Source: Eledone cirrhosa | Lineage: Eukaryota | DNA length: 47,755 nt | Assembly: GCA_964016885.1 (NCBI GenBank) | Contig: CAXHJY010000586.1 | Coordinates: 1-47,755 of the forward strand | Direction: 5' to 3' | Part shown: in pieces, positions 43,501 to 47,755 of the stretch | How the letters are laid out: each line of letters begins with the position of its first letter | Position numbering within the stretch: the first letter of the stretch is position 1 | The notes under the pieces: model-generated | The model's database searches: none | What the model was told of the DNA's origin: nothing | The model's input: the letters and a program-made list of their open reading frames with translations, nothing else | Program-made: the position numbers and the translations under genes

Positions 43501-43920
43501 TACCTATCTTCCGGCTTCTCTAGAGAATCGTGAAAGCACATATCGTTATATGCTTTTTCTATGAAAATTAGTAGTGGGCAGACCAATTTGCATAGAGCGT
43601 GAGTACGTACCGGTTCAACGGAGACGATAAAAACAAATAACGAAACGAAATTAAATTTCGTTTCGTTTGTAACTCACTTTTGTATGACTGACGCTTAAAC
43701 AATTAAGTTAAAAATGTACATCCACATATGTATACTGAAATACTAGTATGCATATGAATACACACACGTGTACATATGTAGATGTACCGAGTTTTCACTG
43801 GTCACTTTACTGTGAGTGTCCAGCTATTCTGTATGTAGACACACAGACAAACCGGTTCTTAGAGTCATACTGGTTTTTGAGGAAACACCTTTCCTCTATT
43901 CTCCAGAAAGCCAGACAAGG

Positions 43921-43965
43921 AATATTGGACTAGTTTCGATGTTGTTACATCTCATCAGCAATATT
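43921..43965 (-). ncRNA. Hammerhead ribozyme, copy 2
   Basis: Identical to 43456-43500. Confidence 0.93.
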
Positions 43966-44385
43966 TACCTATCTTCCGGCTTCTCTAGAGAATCGTGAAA
44001 GCACATATCGTTATATGCTTTTTCTATGAAAATTAGTAGTGGGCAGACCAATTTGCATAGAGCGTGAGTACGTACCGGTTCAACGGAGACGATAAAAACA
44101 AATAACGAAACGAAATTAAATTTCGTTTCGTTTGTAACTCACTTTTGTATGACTGACGCTTAAACAATTAAGTTAAAAATGTACATCCACATATGTATAC
44201 TGAAATACTAGTATGCATATGAATACACACACGTGTACATATGTAGATGTACCGAGTTTTCACTGGTCACTTTACTGTGAGTGTCCAGCTATTCTGTATG
44301 TAGACACACAGACAAACCGGTTCTTAGAGTCATACTGGTTTTTGAGGAAACACCTTTCCTCTATTCTCCAGAAAGCCAGACAAGG

Positions 44386-44430
44386 AATATTGGACTAGTT
44401 TCGATGTTGTTACATCTCATCAGCAATATT
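44386..44430 (-). ncRNA. Hammerhead ribozyme, copy 3
   Basis: Identical to 43456-43500. Confidence 0.93.
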
Positions 44431-44849
44431 TACCTATCTTCCGGCTTCTCTAGAGAATCGTGAAAGCACATATCGTTATATGCTTTTTCTATGAAAATTA
44501 GTAGTGGGCAGACACATTTGCATAGAGCGTGAGTACGTACCGGTTCAACGGAGACGATAAAAACAAATAACGAAACGAAATTAAATTTCGTTTCGTTTGT
44601 AACTCACTTTTGTATGACTGACGCTTAAACAATTAAGTTAAAAATGTACATCCACATATGTATACTGAAATACTAGTATGCATATGAATACACACACGTG
44701 TACATATGTAGATTACCGAGTTTTCACTGGTCACTTTACTGTGAGTGTCCAGCTATTCTGTATGTAGACACACAGACAAACCGGTTCTTAGAGTCATACT
44801 GGTTTTTGAGGAAACACCTTTCCTCTATTCTCCAGAAAGCCAGACAAGG

Positions 44850-44894
44850 AATATTGGACTAGTTTCGATGTTGTTACATCTCATCAGCAATATT
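44850..44894 (-). ncRNA. Hammerhead ribozyme, copy 4
   Basis: Identical to 43456-43500. Confidence 0.93.
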
Positions 44895-45314
44895 TACCTA
44901 TCTTCCGGCTTCTCTAGAGAATCGTGAAAGCACATATCGTTATATGCTTTTTCTATGAAAATTAGTAGTGGGCAGACCAATTTGCATAGAGCGTGAGTAC
45001 GTACCGGTTCAACGGAGACGATAAAAACAAATAACGAAACGAAATTAAATTTCGTTTCGTTTGTAACTCACTTTTGTATGACTGACGCTTAAACAATTAA
45101 ATTAAAAATGTACATCCACATATGTATACTGAAATACTAGTATGCATATGAATACACACACGTGTACATATGTAGATGTACCGAGTTTTCACTGGTCACT
45201 TTACTGTGAGTGTCCAGCTATTCTGTATGTAGACACACAGACAAACCGGTTCTTAGAGTCATACTGGTTTTTGAGGAAACACCTTTCCTCTATTCTCCAG
45301 AAAGCCAGACAAGG

Positions 45315-45359
45315 AATATTGGACTAGTTTCGATGTTGTTACATCTCATCAGCAATATT
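45315..45359 (-). ncRNA. Hammerhead ribozyme, copy 5
   Basis: Identical to 43456-43500. Confidence 0.93.
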
Positions 45360-45779
45360 TACCTATCTTCCGGCTTCTCTAGAGAATCGTGAAAGCATAT
45401 ATCGTTATATGCTTTTTCTATGAAAATTAGTAGTGGGCAGACCAATTTGCATAGAGCGTGAGTACGTACCGGTTCAACGGAGACGATAAAAACAAATAAC
45501 GAAACGAAATTAAATTTCGTTTCGTTTGTAACTCACTTTTGTATGACTGACGCTTAAACAATTAAGTTAAAAATGTACATCCACATATGTATACTGAAAT
45601 ACTAGTATGCATATGAATACACACACGTGTACATATGTAGATGTACCGAGTTTTCACTGGTCACTTTACTGTGAGTGTCCAGCTATTCTGTATGTAGACA
45701 CACAGACAAACCGGTTCTTAGAGTCATACTGGTTTTTGAGGAAACACCTTTCCTCTATTCTCCAGAAAGCCAGACAAGG

Positions 45780-45824
45780 AATATTGGACTAGTTTCGATG
45801 TTGTTACATCTCATCAGCAATATT
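45780..45824 (-). ncRNA. Hammerhead ribozyme, copy 6
   Basis: Identical to 43456-43500. Confidence 0.93.
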
Positions 45825-46244
45825 TACCTATCTTCCGGCTTCTCTAGAGAATCGTGAAAGCACATATCGTTATATGCTTTTTCTATGAAAATTAGTAGTG
45901 GGCAGACCAATTTGCATAGAGCGTGAGTACGTACCGGTTCAACGGAGACGATAAAAACAAATAACGAAACGAAATTAAATTTCGTTTCGTTTGTAACTCA
46001 CTTTTGTATGACTGACGCTTAAACAATTAAGTTAAAAATGTACATCCACATATGTATACTGAAATACTAGTATGCATATGAATACACACACGTGTACATA
46101 TGTAGATGTACCGAGTTTTCACTGGTCACTTTACTGTGAGTGTCCAGCTATTCTGTATGTAGACACACAGACAAACCGGTTCTTAGAGTCATACTGGTTT
46201 TTGAGGAAACACCTTTCCTCTATTCTCCAGAAAGCCAGACAAGG

Positions 46245-46289
46245 AATATTGGACTAGTTTCGATGTTGTTACATCTCATCAGCAATATT
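46245..46289 (-). ncRNA. Hammerhead ribozyme, copy 7
   Basis: Identical to 43456-43500. Confidence 0.93.
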
Positions 46290-46709
46290 TACCTATCTTC
46301 CGGCTTCTCTAGAGAATCGTGAAAGCACATATCGTTATATGCTTTTTCTATGAAAATTAGTAGTGGGCAGACCAATTTGCATAGAGCGTGAGTACGTACC
46401 GGTTCAACGGAGACGATAAAAACAAATAACGAAACGAAATTAAATTTCGTTTCGTTTGTAACTCACTTTTGTATGACTGACGCTTAAACAATTAAGTTAA
46501 AAATGTACATCCACATATGTATACTGAAATACTAGTATGCATATGAATACACACACGTGTACATATGTAGATGTACCGAGTTTTCACTGGTCACTTTACT
46601 GTGAGTGTCCAGCTATTCTGTATGTAGACACACAGACAAACCGGTTCTTAGAGTCATACTGGTTTTTGAGGAAACACCTTTCCTCTATTCTCCAGAAAGC
46701 CAGACAAGG

Positions 46710-46754
46710 AATATTGGACTAGTTTCGATGTTGTTACATCTCATCAGCAATATT
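46710..46754 (-). ncRNA. Hammerhead ribozyme, copy 8
   Basis: Identical to 43456-43500. Confidence 0.93.
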
Positions 46755-47139
46755 TACCTATCTTCCGGCTTCTCTAGAGAATCGTGAAAGCACATATCGT
46801 TATATGCTTTTTCTATGAAAATTAGTAGTGGGCAGACCAATTTGCATAGAGCGTGAGTACGTACCGGTTCAACGGAGACGATAAAAACAAATAACGAAAC
46901 GAAATTAAATTTCGTTTCGTTTGTAACTCACTTTTGTATGACTGACGCTTAAACAATTAAGTTAAAAATGTACATCCACATATGTATACTGAAATACTAG
47001 TATGCATATGAATACACACACGTGTACATATGTAGATGTACCGAGTTTTCACTGGTCACTTTACTGTGAGTGTCCAGCTATTCTGTATGTAGACACACAG
47101 ACAAACCGGTTCTTAGAGTCATACTGGTTTTTGAGGAAA

Positions 47140-47755
47140 ATCCACCGAAACTCGGCCATTTCGGACCATACCAAAATCAACATACTGATTGCGGATTTGG
47201 TACGGGTGATGAGAAATGTGTCCCGCATGTGCAACCCCGAAGAACTAGAGAGACACATACAACACTTCATCCACCGTATGCAGTTCTCTGGCTACAATCA
47301 GAGAGATAGAATCAGAGTGTATAAAGGAGCCAGAACCAAATGGGAAAAAATGGTAAATAATGACATAAATGGGACCTGCCCCTTGTATAGGAGCAAATTT
47401 TGGAATAGAATAGAAAGAACTAAGAACAAGGCCAATAGAATAAACTCATGGTATGATAGCAATAAATACCAGAGTGTTATGTTCATCAATACAACCCCTA
47501 GAGGCGAACTAGCCTACAAATTTAGAAGGGCCCTAAAGAAACATAATCTCAATATTAAGATAGTAGAAAGACCTGGTACCTCCGTAAAAACACTTATTAG
47601 CAAGACATACCCGTTCCAAAGACCCTCATGTATAGATAAGAAATGTATAACCTGTAAAATAAGCCCCCATATTAACTGTAAAACTAGAAATGTAGTATAT
47701 AGCATAAGATGTACTGAGGGACAATGTAGAAACAAAAATGTAGTGTACATAGGTG
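47140..47755 (+). mobile_element. Penelope-like element, 5'-truncated, with an open frame running off the window (RT thumb, Cys linker, start of GIY-YIG)
   Basis: Manual translation from 47140: IHRNSAISDHTKINILIADLVRVMRNVSRMC..RMQFSGY..GTCPLYR..SWY..SVMFINTTPRGELA..IVERPG..CIDKKCITC..NCKTRNVVYSIRC..C..VYIG, with no stop. Absent from the ORF track because it does not terminate in the window. Confidence 0.8.

Larger units (their letters stand above)
43162..47138 (-). mobile_element. Tandem array of 465-bp hammerhead-containing units (candidate non-LTR retrozyme), 8 full units + 258 bp
   Basis: Units start at 43162, 43627, 44092, 44557, 45021, 45486, 45951, 46416 and 46881. Only about four variant sites were seen. 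One hammerhead per full unit. Confidence 0.9.

Noticed and set aside
43283-46787. Repeated 60-61 aa ORFs in the 465-bp unit
   Set aside because: Short, no recognisable motif, one copy frameshifted, and antisense to the ribozyme strand. The hairpin structure explains the sequence better, although a small peptide cannot be formally excluded.

Overview
AT-rich, microsatellite-dense animal genomic DNA; the SINE and repeat content suggests a mollusc, probably an octopus (inference). The window is almost all transposable-element debris: several Penelope-like element (PLE) fragments (RT + GIY-YIG), two families of R4/Dong-type RLE retrotransposons, a frameshifted Helitron, tRNA-derived SINEs, RTE-derived non-autonomous elements, and CR1-like, Tx1-like, hAT, pogo and piggyBac remnants. 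There is one recognisable host gene: a GT11 alpha-1,2-fucosyltransferase exon on the minus strand (30927-32102) with a frameshift. The most striking feature is a near-perfect array of about 8.55 x 465 bp (43162-47138). Every complete unit carries an intact minimal type I hammerhead ribozyme on the minus strand inside an extensively base-paired, viroid-like monomer. The array is fused in opposite orientation to an open PLE thumb/GIY-YIG frame, making it a candidate retrozyme/circular-RNA system. About ten further intact or decayed hammerhead motifs are scattered at PLE ends. The R4/Dong elements repeatedly sit in the (ATGT)n tails of RTE-derived SINEs. All calls come from reading motifs by eye; no searches or folding programs were run.
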